A stretch of 64,000 bases of DNA from Rhopilema esculentum (Eukaryota), in the NCBI RefSeq assembly GCF_013076305.1, contig NW_027019640.1, forward strand, positions 4,874,378 through 4,938,377, given 5' to 3'. The translations under genes and the position numbers were made by a program. This document shows, in pieces, positions 1 to 13,207 of the stretch. Position 1 is the stretch's first letter. Each line of letters opens with the position of its first letter. The notes below the pieces were generated by a model that did not search any database, was not told where the DNA came from, and saw only the letters and a list, made by a program, of their open reading frames with translations.

Positions 1-1
1 G

Positions 2-197
2 AGAAATACATTCAGTCGGCACGTGAAGGATCAAATGTTTAGTTCATTTAGTCTAATCACATCGGCTCAAAATTTTCGGGAAGTAGCTGTGGGTTTTTAT
101 AATATTAGACGTGGATCGTCATACGCTGGAGCTGTTGAACTCACACGACACAAAGGGGGTAGTTTGATCACTATAAACAAGCACATTGAGGCATTGT
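2..197 (+). CDS. Possible internal or terminal coding exon of an upstream gene running off the window start (..RNTFSRHVKDQMFSSFSLITSAQNFREVAVGFYNIRRGSSYAGAVELTRHKGGSLITINKHIEA)
   Basis: The frame is open from the window edge and ends at a consensus donor (catt|gtaagt). No recognisable family. Confidence 0.2.
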
Positions 198-1995
198 AAG
201 TTTATAAGATTTAAGGAAATATCATAAAATGTGGTTTCTAAGAGATAATTTTGTAATATCAATTTCACGGTAAATATTTTTCATTGATATCTAATATTTT
301 TGTAAAGGGGTTTTCTAATGTTGTTACAGTTGCTAAAGGGCCTAGCGGAATCATTTGCCAACAGCCCCAGGAAATGGTTATTAGTAAAAGCAACAACAAT
401 AGATATATTCCCACCTTGGTCAACGTCACTTTCAAGTTCCATACGATTACCACGCCATAATGTTCTCGTTTTTCCGAATGCTCATGCCAGGCAAATAGAG
501 AGTTTTAATGAAAAGAGCCATGATTGTAGGTTCTCGAAGTAAAGAAAATAAGAAAGCCTCTGGGTTTGAAGAAATGGACATTTTTCTTTTAAATTGTATT
601 TTTGAGATCAAAGATGAAGCATCTGATAGCTTTCAACAGAAAACGTTATGCCAATGAGATGATTTCCCTAACAAAAATGACCTAAAAAGCACAACAATAT
701 TTATTTTGCTAACTATTCATTTTGAAGTTCTGTAAACTGTTGTCTTTGGCGTGTAGACCGAGTATATGCATCGTTATCATACCTCCTTTATCGGTTGTAT
801 TATTTTACGGGTCCATTAGATCTGTAACATTGAAAGAAGGTTGCTTCCTGAAATCGTCATTACTTTCGAATGAGAGGTATCATTTAATGTAAAATAGACT
901 TTTTAATGTCATTTATATCAGAAACCCGTTTAGGCGTAGCCTGGAAAGCATTTTTTACATGAAGCATATTTTGTAATAATCCTGCAGGTAGTTTCAGGTA
1001 TTTAAAGCCATACATTTATTACCAGTACACTAATAATGAACATTTAACTGTAACATCTTTTGTAACTGTAACAACTATTCATATTTAGTTTTGAACTAAA
1101 TGTTGCTTAGTTTGGTTAAAATAAGCAATCGTTTTTAAACTCATGTTCTTCATGGGCTGGACGTATATTCTGGAAATGAATATTTTCTTCGCCTTAATTA
1201 GATGTAATATTATTTCAAAAGAATTATCTTTCTTTTCTAAAAATGTTCGCCTACAACAACGATCAGCCCCTAATTTGATTTCAAATTCAATTGATGATTT
1301 CTTCACCTACGTAGCAGGAAGGGACGTTATCTGTGATTCCAAGTTAATCTTTTACTTAAAATCACCCCCAATTTTTACAACACTACTGTACTGTTAATCT
1401 ATCCATTTTATTTTGCATAAATTATTGCCCTAATGAAAGGGTCCTGTTGTACCTTTCTTGTGGTTTTTGTTTAATAAGTCGAGAAACAAAATTGTAGCCA
1501 ACAGGTATGGCTGACTGAAATTGTCTTGGTTGTCTTCATTAGCTTTTCATCAGATCATTAAGATTAGCTTTGAAACACCGTATTTCTATAGGAAATATTT
1601 TGAAAAAAGCTAGGTTTTGCTTTTTCGAAAGTTGAAAGGCCCAGGAAACATTAAATGTCTGGATTCATTTTCATCAGCAATTTTCAGTGCTAAACTTTTT
1701 GGCAATTTCTTAAAAATTTCTTGTCAATGTTATCAAGGATTCGAAAAAAGACTTTTACTGAAAATGCTCATACCATCAATTTATCAGGCCCAGTGAAGTT
1801 TTCCTTTCTTATTGATAATGAGGTAAGATGTGTAATGCGAGGCTCTGCTTCAAAATAACGTCTCTTTGTAGCTGGCAATTTGGAAAATGATTGGTCGTTT
1901 TGTCTGGCTGCTACATTGAGACGGATTTTGAAAGCGGGAGACTTGTAAACTCGAAATTTCTTTTGTCATGCTGTGCCGCTCGTGGCCTATGGTAA

Positions 1996-2163
<168 letters not shown>

Positions 2164-4285
2164 TGAAGTTGTTGTTGCATTACATGACGTGTACTTAGAA
2201 TACAAGACGACCCAATATTCCCAATGGCAATTTATCAAAATGATCTGCAAAAGTTTCAATAGACGGTATAAAACAACATTAAATTGAAGCTATTAGAAAT
2301 ACACAATGAAATCCACGCATAGATCTTTATTTTTAATAAAGCTGTTATCCTTTTTGTATTCTGATGAGCCGTTTCAATTCCCTGTTTACAAAACTTTGCC
2401 ATCTGACCCTCGAAGTATAAAGCCATACAGTACTCAGCAGAAACCCAGTGAACGTTCGTCTAAAAAGCAAATCTGTATTTAAAATTTACTGGAGTTATGA
2501 TTTTTATCTTTGTGAAGAAACTTGAATGAAGCTGCTCTTGTTTTGGACAGTAGATTAAAAATTCTTTGTTAAGTTCGAATTTAACAGCAAAATACATCAG
2601 AATTCATCAAAATATTTCAAACTCCTAAATATAACAGGATGTGGAAGCATTCTTAACAATGGAAGAAGACAGTAATGTGCCTTATTCGCATGACAAGTAA
2701 TTTTGATCTCCTGTGCTGATGTGCTGTTCTTTTGTTTGTACAGCAGTCAGTTTTCTGAAAACTGGTAACCTAGTGTACTGGACAATTAAGTGAATCTTTG
2801 AAACTAAAGGTATTTAAGAAAAAGGTTTTCTTTTGGTGGATTTTGTTTGTAAGAAAAAGTCGGTAGTATCTGAGACCTTTCATCTTCAGATTGAAGAAGA
2901 ATGTTCAGAATATCATGGGAATTGCAAATTTTTTATGATCAAAGTCGATTCCATTTCTATCATAAATCACTCCTAAATCTAATTTACAAATGCTCAACAC
3001 ATGAAACACTATCAAACTATTAACTAAAGTACATTAGCAATAAGGAGAATATAAATTGAAATCTTATTTGCTTTTAAAGGATTGTATTAAAGGTTGATTA
3101 ATGAAGAAGGAACTCTCTAGGCAGGCCTGACTTCTGATGCATGCTATTGCCTATGTGCACCTCAATTGACGTCTCCTGCCTGCCCTCTGCCCTCTTTAAA
3201 TTCTCATTGGCATTTTAAGCTTAACAATATTTGTAACATCTTAAATGTCTACATAATTTGGATACTGGAACTTGTCAATGTCAGCCACAAAGACTTACTT
3301 ACATCAAATATTTAAATATTACAAACAAATACAAAGCTGTACCACCAAGCATTTGTTTAATCTGGCCTTACTCCTAGTTTTTGGCAGGCACTCATTATCA
3401 AATATCAAATCCACTGCAAATGTGTAAGAATACTAATGGGCATTTAGTATTTGAACTACATTAGTCCTTAGAACATCATCTGGGCAGCTAAAGCGTTTTT
3501 AAAAAAGGTTTGGAACAACAACATGACCTTTGTGATGTAGATACATAAAATTTATAAACGAAGCACATTTATGTTGAACACATTAGCATAATAATTTGCA
3601 TTAGAGATTTACAATTTGCAGACAGGCAGCTTCTGCCCCTAAGTTTGATATGCTGTCCCAAAAACAATAAAGGACAGCTTTTATGACACCAGCCAATGGG
3701 ACTGCCTGTTTGCAATTTTCTGAAACATCATCATTGCCCCATTAACACCTTTAGTTCAACAGGAGATGTACCGCCGAAAGATGAATCCCCAGAAGGGGGC
3801 TCCATTGTTTCAGTAGTGATTTGAATACACTCTCCCATTGACTGCTTCTCATAACTGCTGCCCTAAATTGTTTTTGAGACAGCAAAGGGCAGTAGCTGCC
3901 TGTCTGCAAAATGCAAATCCCAATGCAAATTATTTTGCTAATGTGATGTTGCCTATTTAATCTTTCTTGGAGTGCATTAAAGATTATTGTAACAATTCAT
4001 TTTGATTTGATATTACTTTACACAAAAGTACTTCAATGCAAGATCATACAATTTTTTAAACATTACAAAAGCTTTCAGCATTTTTATAGTTATTATCATT
4101 TTTGAGCAACTGCTTGTGCAAGAGAGTTCAACAGAGTGCTTGAACACTTATGCTGGCTATTTCTTATGAAAAGGCCTATATGGTGTGACATATTGTAGCT
4201 TTGATATATCTTGCCATGATTAGTGAATATATCTTGCCTTGATGTCTTTTTATCTAACTGGCAGACAGAACAAAGACATTTGTAG

Positions 4286-4354
4286 CATTTAGTTAAGTCT
4301 GTGATTCCCTTGTGTGAAATTTAAATCACACAGGGAATCAGAAACTTGACTAAA
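4286..4354. repeat. Near-perfect palindrome/hairpin of about 70 bp (gcatttagttaagtctgtgattcccttgtgtgaaattt | aaatcacacagggaatcagaaacttgactaaat)
   Basis: Direct reverse-complement comparison of the two arms shows 2-3 mismatches. Confidence 0.6.
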
Positions 4355-4937
4355 TTCTACCTTGGTCTGCATCATTAGTGTCCAAAGAGGAACTTGTCAA
4401 GACCATGATGGAAGATGTTTTTAGAAAATTTTTCTAAGAAATATTTCCAAGTTCAAATTTTCAAATTTCACACTTATATTGACTTGGACTGTAAAAGGTG
4501 GCAATACTTCTATTCAGGCTAAAAGGCAAAATTATGCTTCTTTAAAAATGCTTTCAAATCACATGCCTGACTTAAACAAGCAGAGCTATTTACTGGAGTG
4601 AAATCAGTCAGTTGCTAGATCTGTCCATCAGCAACTTGCTAGAAAAATATATTTATATTTGCTAAATGCTCTGTACGTAAACCTTTGTCTTTTTGTAGTT
4701 TTAAGAGTACTTTAATAACAATGACTTTTTAGAAACCCAAATAATAGGAAACTGGTGTTTGACCAGTACCCTTATATAGCCCTTAAATGGGTGAAGAGTA
4801 TCTTTGAGGTATTACTTGATTTGACTTTACAGTTTGCAGCATCAGTAGAAATAGCTTACATTAAAGCTTATTTGCACAAGAGAAAATATTTATTGTAGTA
4901 GGTATCTAGCTCTTTAAATGTGTGGTTTTGTTTACAG

Positions 4938-5001
4938 GCTACACGCAATGCAGCTTCCCTATTTATAGCTGTTCAACACAATGTAACCCAAAATGCTAAT
5001 G
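4938..5001 (+). CDS. TRAM1: TRAM exon (ATRNAASLFIAVQHNVTQNAN)
   Basis: Human: ASIIFVTLQYNVTLPATEEQ. Acceptor tttacag|GCT, donor G|gtgagt. Confidence 0.65.
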
Positions 5002-8000
5002 GTGAGTTTGGTTCTTGTTGCATTGGCAGTTGCTTCATTTTTAATGCATAGAATCTACAAAGTTGCCTGAATATAGAATCTACAACTATTTACATGCTTG
5101 CGTTATTGTTTTTAACATTCAAAATTTAAATATTATTGATGATATCCATGATATAAAAGTTGAAAATGCAGAGTTTTAGCCATGTTTTAAGAAAGTGAAA
5201 ACTTCAATATATTCATTAGAGTTGTTATAAACACACAAATTCAAACAGATGTGACAAAAGTATTATTTTGCTATAAATTGTACAGAAACTAGCCAACACT
5301 AAAAGCACAATCAAAATTTCTTTTCCAGTGTTTCTATTTATCCTATTTGTCCTTTCTATTCAAAACTCTTGGACTTCCTTTTAAGACTCAACAGATGCTT
5401 CAGCAGCATTAAATGTCTTGTATAACAATGGCTGGAAGGACTTGTGTGGTATATTTTTTCAAATGTTATGTTGGATTGTTGTTCAAGCAGTTATCCAAGA
5501 ATATGTGCTTGATGTAAGTAAATTTAAATTTTATTTACATATTTTCAGCATGTTTTTTGAGCATTAGTAATCAGCATGAGTATTTGGAGCAGAAACTATA
5601 TGAATTTTTACCAGAAAGTTTATGTTATTTTAACCCATTTGATTATAAAATATAGTTTACACCCTTGACTTCCTTACTTCATTACTTTCATATGTTCAGA
5701 CATTCAGAATTTGATTAATTGACTTCATTTCATTGACGACTAAATAGTTTTTCTTTCCTTCATATCTGCAAATGTTTATACTTAAAATATCAATACTTGA
5801 GGGGATTTATACTTTACTGTGAATCATACAATTGTGGATCAATATTGTATCTATGGTGCAAAATGCATTATTCAACAACCCCCACAACCCATCTTTTGCT
5901 AATCAACAACCCCCACATGTAGTCAGGGATCTGGTGATTTTATTAGCTGAAGCTACATGGACTAGTTTTAGGGTTTGAGTCAAATTAGTATATTGTAATT
6001 GGATTAGTTCAAATTGTTTATTAGTTAGTTCATTTTAAGTTTATTTGTAGTTCATCTTGTAATTAGTTTAGAGGCCTCTTTTGCCTACACTCCTTTTCAT
6101 TAAAATTTTTTGCTGGTTTTATGATGTTCGTGATTCATTCTATGCTAGACTTATTCTATCATGATTTATTCTATCATTTAGCTGCCAAATCAAAGGAAAA
6201 CAATTTATCTTATAATGCAATTCTTGAGCAGAAATGTTTTAGAAGTGTTTGAAATTACAAAAACAAGTTAATTGTGATTCTCAAGACAAAAACTTATAGA
6301 TTTGAAAAGTAGAGAGCATTCTAGTGTGTGCTTAGTTTTCACCATCACAAATATGATTTTCTGCAGAAAGTTAACAGAAAGCTGCACATGTCAAAGACAA
6401 AAACTAGCAAGTTCAATGACTCTGGCAACATGCTTCCAATATTCATAGCTTCTATTGGAGTGGGCATTGACTTGATAATGAAGGTAAAATATTTATACTG
6501 TATATATACCATGTAAAATTATGGAAGTTTGCTTCCTTATACTAGACTGTAATCAGAAAATGCTATTATTGAAACATTACAAGGGAATCAAGCCCATGAT
6601 TTCAGCCAGAGATTTGTGATGGCCAAGAAACTGTGTTCAGCTAAAACTAGCATGGAAATCTTGTTGATTAACTCATGAACATGTGTTTGAGTACAAAGAT
6701 TTTCTTTGAAGTTACTAAGGTTGATCTTTGTAATATAGATCCAATTAAATTTTGTATTTGATTTAGGAAAATCTAATCCCAAAGATCCAATCACTATGGA
6801 CTGGATATCCTCACACAGAGATGTCGTAAGTATTTATTAGCCACTAAGCATTGTAAGCTGCAATAAGTTCTTGGCTTGAGTGTATTAGCTTATGCTTTTC
6901 AAATCAATCTCTTTAAGACACGGGGAACAACCAAGATACTCTCAGCTGAGATACCTGCAAATTAGGGTCATGAGTAGAGACAAGCATGCAGCTTGACATA
7001 TCACAATCAGAATAAACTTTTGTGACAAAGCAAGTTTTATCATACTGTATGTAGCAGAAACTTTTAAGTTAATGAAATGAATACACCTTTTTTACTTGGG
7101 AGGCCTTTTGAACCAGCCAAAGATGTTAAGTAGCGAAGACAATATTCTATGCTAACTGCTTTTGTTGTTATATTGATGATTGAAGAACAGTTGAATTTAC
7201 CTTTGCCTTGTTATGTTTTATAACTGTTCTTTTCACTTCTCTTCTTTTTAGTTTCATGCTTAAGTTGTTCTTTATGCTTCAAGTTGCTTATTGGCTTCAC
7301 ATGTTCCCAGAGTTATACTTCATGAAAACTAGAAAGGTATTTTACACAAAAATCTTCTAAATCCTGAGGTTGATGTTGACTATATTGCTTAATTAATTTC
7401 ATCAGTTGAAGGACAACACTTTAAGGAAGACAATCACAAAATTGGAATAGATTATTGGGATTTCATTAATTAGAAATTGAAAACAAACTTTCAGTATGGA
7501 ATAGCCGTTTTTATATGTTTCACAATAAATTGTTTTTGCATTTGAAAATTTTTTGCCAATCTGTGAATTATCCTTTAGTTGCAAGTGATGAGGCAATAAG
7601 TTATTTGAAAAAAATTCAAGTTGTAGTACCATAACAGAGGCGGACCCAGTTCAAATTTTGAGTGCAGCAAAGTTAAGGAAAACTAAAGTACCCTTTAATA
7701 AATGAAAAAACTAGCAACTGAAAAACAAGGGCTATTGCTGAAGTTCAGTCATCAGGTCTCGATAAGTTGCAGGTTTTTTTGTAAAGCCCTGAGTTAGAGG
7801 CCCAATAGTTGACTGGATACATTGTATCAAATGATAGCTAAAATTTTGTAATTTATACCCCCTCTTACCCAGGCTCTATTTCATGCCAACCCTACCCCAG
7901 AACCTCCTAGCATATAACAGATTCCTGGGCTAAAGGTTTTTGGACAGGCTTATACCTATAACTAGATAACTTTTGATTCTTTTTAAGCTGCTTTTAAAGA

Positions 8001-10927
8001 AGTAAGCCTTAATAGCTACTTACTAGAGTATTTGGTAATTTACATCCATCTATCTCTTTTATAGGAAGAAATTCCCCAAAAAGTCACCCATTATTCCCTC
8101 TACATGGTATTCATTTCAGCTGCCTACGTAATGAAGTAAGTTTTTTTACAAAATTTTGCTCCAATACAGCATAATTTGCAATAAACTCTCAATTTCTCTT
8201 GTACAATTGCCTATCTTTCCAATTTGCTTTCCGAGTCATTAAAAATGTGTTTGAAATAACATCACTTTAGCCTTGGTAGGTCTTACTGTGTTTACAATTG
8301 GTTGATTTTATAGAGTACAATGTCTTCAATCATTTCAAAAAAGTTATAGATTTTAGAGTGGATCCTAGGCATTTTATTTGCACTTTTAATAAATGGATAT
8401 TTATAACAATTAAGGAAACTTTTCTAACTTTTCCAAAGCTGGACTAAAAACATAAGGGTGTCCCTATGTGTAAGTTTTCCTATCTTTCATCAGATCTTTT
8501 TCCTCAATTTTGATGATCATTTACTGTACTGCATGTTGGATCATCATTTCCTTAAATAGTAAAAGACTATAATGAAGATCATCTATAAAACACAGCTTTA
8601 TCGTGCCAAAAAGTTGGTTCTTAGAGTGTGGTTATTGTTTTCCCTCCTTGTTAAAGGTTCTTAGGAATTTTTAGTTTTAAAATGTATACCCAAACATTTT
8701 TTAAGTTGTAAAGATAATAAAATTGCACCCCTTTATCAGCTCCTCCCCTTCATTTTCCGCCCCATTATTTTGGGGCTGGTGCCCCCCCCCCCTGGTAGAA
8801 ACGGTGTGTAAACGATGAAAAGTGACGCTACATTGTTGCTGTTCTTTGACTGCCCAAAGTTTGGATGATTGGGAAAATTCTGCACTATGGATCGAAAAAT
8901 CATGATAAAAATCGCATAGTGCTAAGAAATAGATTTATCTATCAGATTTCAGAAAATTCCTCAACCCTCCTCCGGATGAAACTTTGCCCTCCACCTTCTT
9001 CAAATTTTTTTATATCTTTTGTGTAAAAGTTTCTAATAAATGGTATTGAAGTAAAATCACATATAGTTTTGTAGTAACGCATTGACCTTCCTCAAAACTA
9101 CTGCATCGTTGAATAATTTTCCTCCGGTTTACAGCCATGGAACCGTTAATACTTTCTAGACTCTGTTATTTATCATTTATTTCATGGGAATGCCACGGTA
9201 ACGCGTTAACGAAACGGTGGTTGCCGCTAAACGTTCGCAGCTGCATATAGATTTTAATCCTTGCTTTCCAATTTGTGCACAGCTTCACAAGAATTGCCTT
9301 GGTATTGCTGGTTGTTCATTACATCCCGGAAGTTGTCTTCCATGCAAGTAGAATCTTGCACTGCCTAGGAATGTTCGAAATCGCTCAATATGGGTGAGTT
9401 CAGCTTTAAAATTAAATACTTACTGCTAACTTTTCATATGGTGATTGTTCTTCTGTCATAAGAAACCATGCCTCAGATATGTAGTGAAAAGAAGTCAAAT
9501 ATTGCAATGATAACAAAAATAATTACTTTATTTTTAGTTTCTCATATTTTCTTAATTTTGTGTTTTTTATATTTTGCATACTGTACAACTTGCATTTAAA
9601 TATTGCCAACCAGATGGAGTAGTTGATTTTTGCAATTTCGTTATCACTAGGAGAACATATATATCCAAGAATTCATCCTTGTGGTCAACCCACAGAATCT
9701 CGATTACTTTATCAGAAATGTTTGACAAATAAAGTCCAGTATAATAGCCGTTTGTCTTGCAGTACAATTTTAGCTTCTACAAGGCGATCACTTTTGTATG
9801 TTTAATAATCAGATGATAAACATTCAATGATTTAATGTCATGCTTTATATAGTACTGAGAATTCCAACCCAAATATCTTTCTTACGAACACATTGAGGCT
9901 GGCACTTGTTCGCGCTTCAAGATTTTCTTTGTCTTTTGTCGTAGTTTCACGGTGTGGTCGATTCTATTTGTTCCAGCTCGCCTTATCACAATTACCCTGT
10001 CGATCCTCACTTTCTGGTAAGTCAAATGTGTTTGTGATAAAGTAATGGTCTTAATCTACCAGTAAAGTTTTTAATTTTTATAATATTTTTATAATATTAA
10101 TTTAATAATCACAGGCATGCAGGGAAAGTTTTTTAATTAGGTCCCTATTTCATTAGAAAAAAATTATCCTGTTAATTGAAATAGCCGTTATTTGCAGATA
10201 ACTTAAAAATTAAAAATTAACCGTAATGCCCAGAATCATAAAATTTCTGAAGGTGCTGATCCAAGAGTCTCGAGCAATTTGGTATTTTCCTTCACATGTT
10301 CTTTCCTTTCACCAGGTTTGGTCTTGGCAAAGCGGACCAATCAGCATTTAGCATTGCTTCTGGTAACTTCAACAACCCAACCTTCAGGTTTGTTAATGCT
10401 CCTCGATTTTATCAACCCGAAAAGCCTTGCATTTAATATTAATTCCTTCAATTTTTCATATCAGAATTGGGTTGTTCATCAACATTTTAGAGTATTATTA
10501 TTAGTAGTAATAGAACCTGTCTTTGTGCATCCTTGGACCAATTGGTTGATTTCGTTGTAAGCAGTAAGTACATCCTTCATAGGCTTACTAAGATCTTCTA
10601 AGTTTACTAGGATCTTTGTTTACGCGTTGTGCCTAATAAGTAGGTAGTTCATTGTAAGCATAAGATCAGCCTGTTGTTGTACTTTTCAGTATCTTTTGTC
10701 ATTGTTTTAACAGGCTAGCTTGCCTTCTGGCTGTTATCTTAGTCCAAGCGTGGATGGCATGGAATTTCATAACATTCCAAGTGAAGCGTTATAGGGAACG
10801 TTCAGCTGTCACCCAGAAAAAGTCCCGACAGGACCAGAAAAAGAAAGGCAAAAAGGAGAAGAAGTCAAAAGATGATGGTGATGCAGTACAAAACGGCTCT
10901 CCGAAACCCCGACTAAAGGAAGACTAA
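4938..10927 (+). CDS. TRAM1: TRAM1/TRAM2 ortholog (translocating chain-associated membrane protein, TLC domain); span of resolved coding exons 2 to 11, exon 1 unresolved upstream
   Basis: Exon peptides match human TRAM1 collinearly: VIQEYVLD, MSKTKTSKFNDSG, LWTGYPH, FFMLQVAYWLHMFPELYFMKTRK, VLLVVHYIPEVVFHASRIL, and a C-terminal AWMAWNFITFQVKRYRERSAV plus K-rich tail (human [20 protein letters not shown]). Confidence 0.8.
5386..5513 (+). CDS. TRAM1: TRAM exon (DSTDASAALNVLYNNGWKDLCGIFFQMLCWIVVQAVIQEYVLD)
   Basis: Human: [31 protein letters not shown]. Donor GAT|gtaagt. Confidence 0.8.
6367..6483 (+). CDS. TRAM1: TRAM exon (KVNRKLHMSKTKTSKFNDSGNMLPIFIASIGVGIDLIMK)
   Basis: Human: [40 protein letters not shown]. 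Confidence 0.8.
6767..6825 (+). CDS. TRAM1: TRAM exon (ENLIPKIQSLWTGYPHTEM)
   Basis: Human: ENYISDPTILWRAYPHNLM. Confidence 0.75.
7252..7336 (+). CDS. TRAM1: TRAM exon (SFMLKLFFMLQVAYWLHMFPELYFMKTRK)
   Basis: Human: [29 protein letters not shown]. Confidence 0.85.
8065..8135 (+). CDS. TRAM1: TRAM exon (EEIPQKVTHYSLYMVFISAAYVM)
   Basis: Human: [23 protein letters not shown]. Confidence 0.8.
9283..9393 (+). CDS. TRAM1: TRAM exon (NFTRIALVLLVVHYIPEVVFHASRILHCLGMFEIAQY)
   Basis: Human: [34 protein letters not shown]. Confidence 0.8.
9945..10016 (+). CDS. TRAM1: TRAM exon (GFTVWSILFVPARLITITLSILTF)
   Basis: Human: GFSLWAVLFVLGRLLTLILSVLTV. Acceptor tcgtag|T, donor TG|gtaagt. Confidence 0.75.
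10316..10387 (+). CDS. TRAM1: TRAM exon (WFGLGKADQSAFSIASGNFNNPTF)
   Basis: Human: [24 protein letters not shown]. Confidence 0.75.
10714..10927 (+). CDS. TRAM1: TRAM terminal exon (RLACLLAVILVQAWMAWNFITFQVKRYRERSAVTQKKSRQDQKKKGKKEKKSKDDGDAVQNGSPKPRLKED, stop)
   Basis: Human: [33 protein letters not shown] followed by a K-rich tail. Stop TAA at 10925-10927. Confidence 0.85.
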
Positions 10928-12241
10928 ATGAAGACCTGGTTTGGCGAAAGATAACTCCGCTGCAATTTCTAGTTGCCCTTTCTAATAATGATAAACTCAT
11001 ACATTTTCACAAATTTCCCCTTGTTTTTCTTGTAGTTTTGATTTTGACTTGTTAGAAAAAATTGCTGTGGAGTTTTAAGATGGTTTCTTCATTTCTGTGT
11101 TTTACTCTTTTTTTAAAATTCTGTTTATTACTAGCAGTTATGATTGTATAAATACATTTGTTGTAATGATATCTGAAAACCCAACAAAAACAGATAAGCA
11201 GGCCCAATTTGTTACTTGTTAATGTTTTCACCCTTATAAGTACAAGTTGTTTTCGATATGACATTTAATTATTTTTGGTTTTAATCTTCACTACACTTTC
11301 TTAAAAAGCCGCTGTTTTTATCAATATATTGTTTCCATTCATGCATGACTACCCCAGAATTTTCTTGTGCCCCTCCCCGAATTTCCCAGGCTAGAATTGC
11401 CCCTGGAAAAATCGGATGTTTTGCAAGTTTTTAATGCAAAATAATTAGCAATGAATTTGACCATATTCTCAATTTAGAAAACCTTTCGTGGTTTATGTGA
11501 CATAGTTTATTGGAAAAAAGCGACAGCACGTTCACAAAAAAGAAGCTGGAAAACTCCGTATAGAATGATTCTGGGAAATATTTCTTTACTTGGATGGTTG
11601 CACATTTTTAAGGTGCTTGGGTTTGTTTATTAAGGACAGTCTGTCGCGTTTCTTATCGGTTCTCTAAACGAATTTCTGACACCATTGAAATATTTCAACC
11701 AAGCAAGTCAAAGTGCAGCTCGAAGGGTGAATTACACCTTTTTTCGTTTATAAGAAACTGATTTATAAGAAACTAGTACTAGGACGCACAAAAATTTAAG
11801 AAACTTTAGTACTAGGCTCAAGAAAAAGTAAAAAACTGTAAAATTTTAAGGAAATTGTCCAGAAGTTTTTATTTTCTTGATTCTTCTTTGGAAGCAGTAG
11901 CATAATTTGGATCTTGAACTGCTAGGGGTCTTTTCGCGACGATCTGCGTTTATATTATTCCTGCTCAACTTCAAAACAATAAGGAAATTCAAGCTCCCGA
12001 AATAAGAAACAAACTAAGAAATTTTGGTACTAAAACGCCAAAACTTGGATGTCAAACTCGGAAACTTTATAACTTAGTGTTGATCCAAGTTTCTTGTAAA
12101 ATAAAACAATGTCTAGCCAGGAATTTCTGACGAGGCATATTGACAAAAAAGGCATAGTTAATAACGCAAAGATAAACTTGTCCGCGTATTACTCGCTAAA
12201 GATTTCTTCTAAAATACATTCGTTGGACTTAACAATGCCGA

Positions 12242-13207
12242 ATGCCAAAACCACGGGAGGTAGACACTAGAACGAGGCGTGACTATGAGGCACTTCCCAG
12301 TTGTCCCACCATTGCAGGACGCTCTTGCATGGTGCAACCTGGGTCTAAAGTAATTCACCTTTCTGGGTTTGACTTCAGCATGGAAGGAAAGAAAGTTGTT
12401 ATGTCTTTGGAGAATAAGCTCTTGTTAACCTCAAGGCTGCAAGGGAGCGGGTTGTTACAGTCAAAATTAGAGCTAGGCCATCATCGACAAAGCTACAAAA
12501 CGGATGTTCCTGGTGTCTACGATAAACCTACTCATCGAGAACTCGGTGGCGACTCGAGAAATAAAACAAGGCCAGCAACAAGCTTGAATAATGATCTTTT
12601 GCGAAGCAGTGTTGCAAAGCAATTGACAAAAAACAAGCTCTTAGGGCAAACCAGTTACAGTCATAAACATGTGTCTGAGAAAAAGAAGCCAGCAAAAGTG
12701 TCTAGTCTAGAGAAAAATGCCGATAAATTGCAGCATTCAAGTGAAACAAGAGTCACTAAAACCTTACTTCAAAACAAAAGGCTTGAAAAGCCTGTCGCAT
12801 CTAAAGGTTTGGCAGAGAAGAGTTTGACAACTAATTTCTTGCTGAGGTCATCAAATTCAATCAAAACAATGGGAATACAAAGACAAACAATCGATACAAA
12901 CAGTAAAAATATAAACTTCCATTTGAAACCTAAAGCTTTATTGGCAACCAAAGAAAAGCATTCATATCAACCTGGTCCAACAGCTCTATTACAGAGCAAA
13001 GGTGATATTAGAGACAAGGATGCTGCTGTTGAACAGATCATATGCATAAAGGAAGTTCCTCTCGTAAAGCCAATATATAAACTTGCATTTGATGATGAAG
13101 ATCCGTCTAGAGAGTTTTTAGGAAGAAATAATGCCAGCAGTTTCAAAAACATAAGTTTCAAAGATCCATCTGCAGAGAAGGAAAGACTGGCTGTTCAGAA
13201 ATGCAAG
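12242..13207 (+). CDS. TEP1: TEP1 exon 1 (ATG start; Lys/Ser/Leu-rich N-terminal region with degenerate LLxS(K/R) repeats)
   Basis: Long ORF 12242-13294 on the track. Donor AAG|gtatgt at 13208 ends in phase 0. Next exon begins the TROVE region. Confidence 0.6.
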
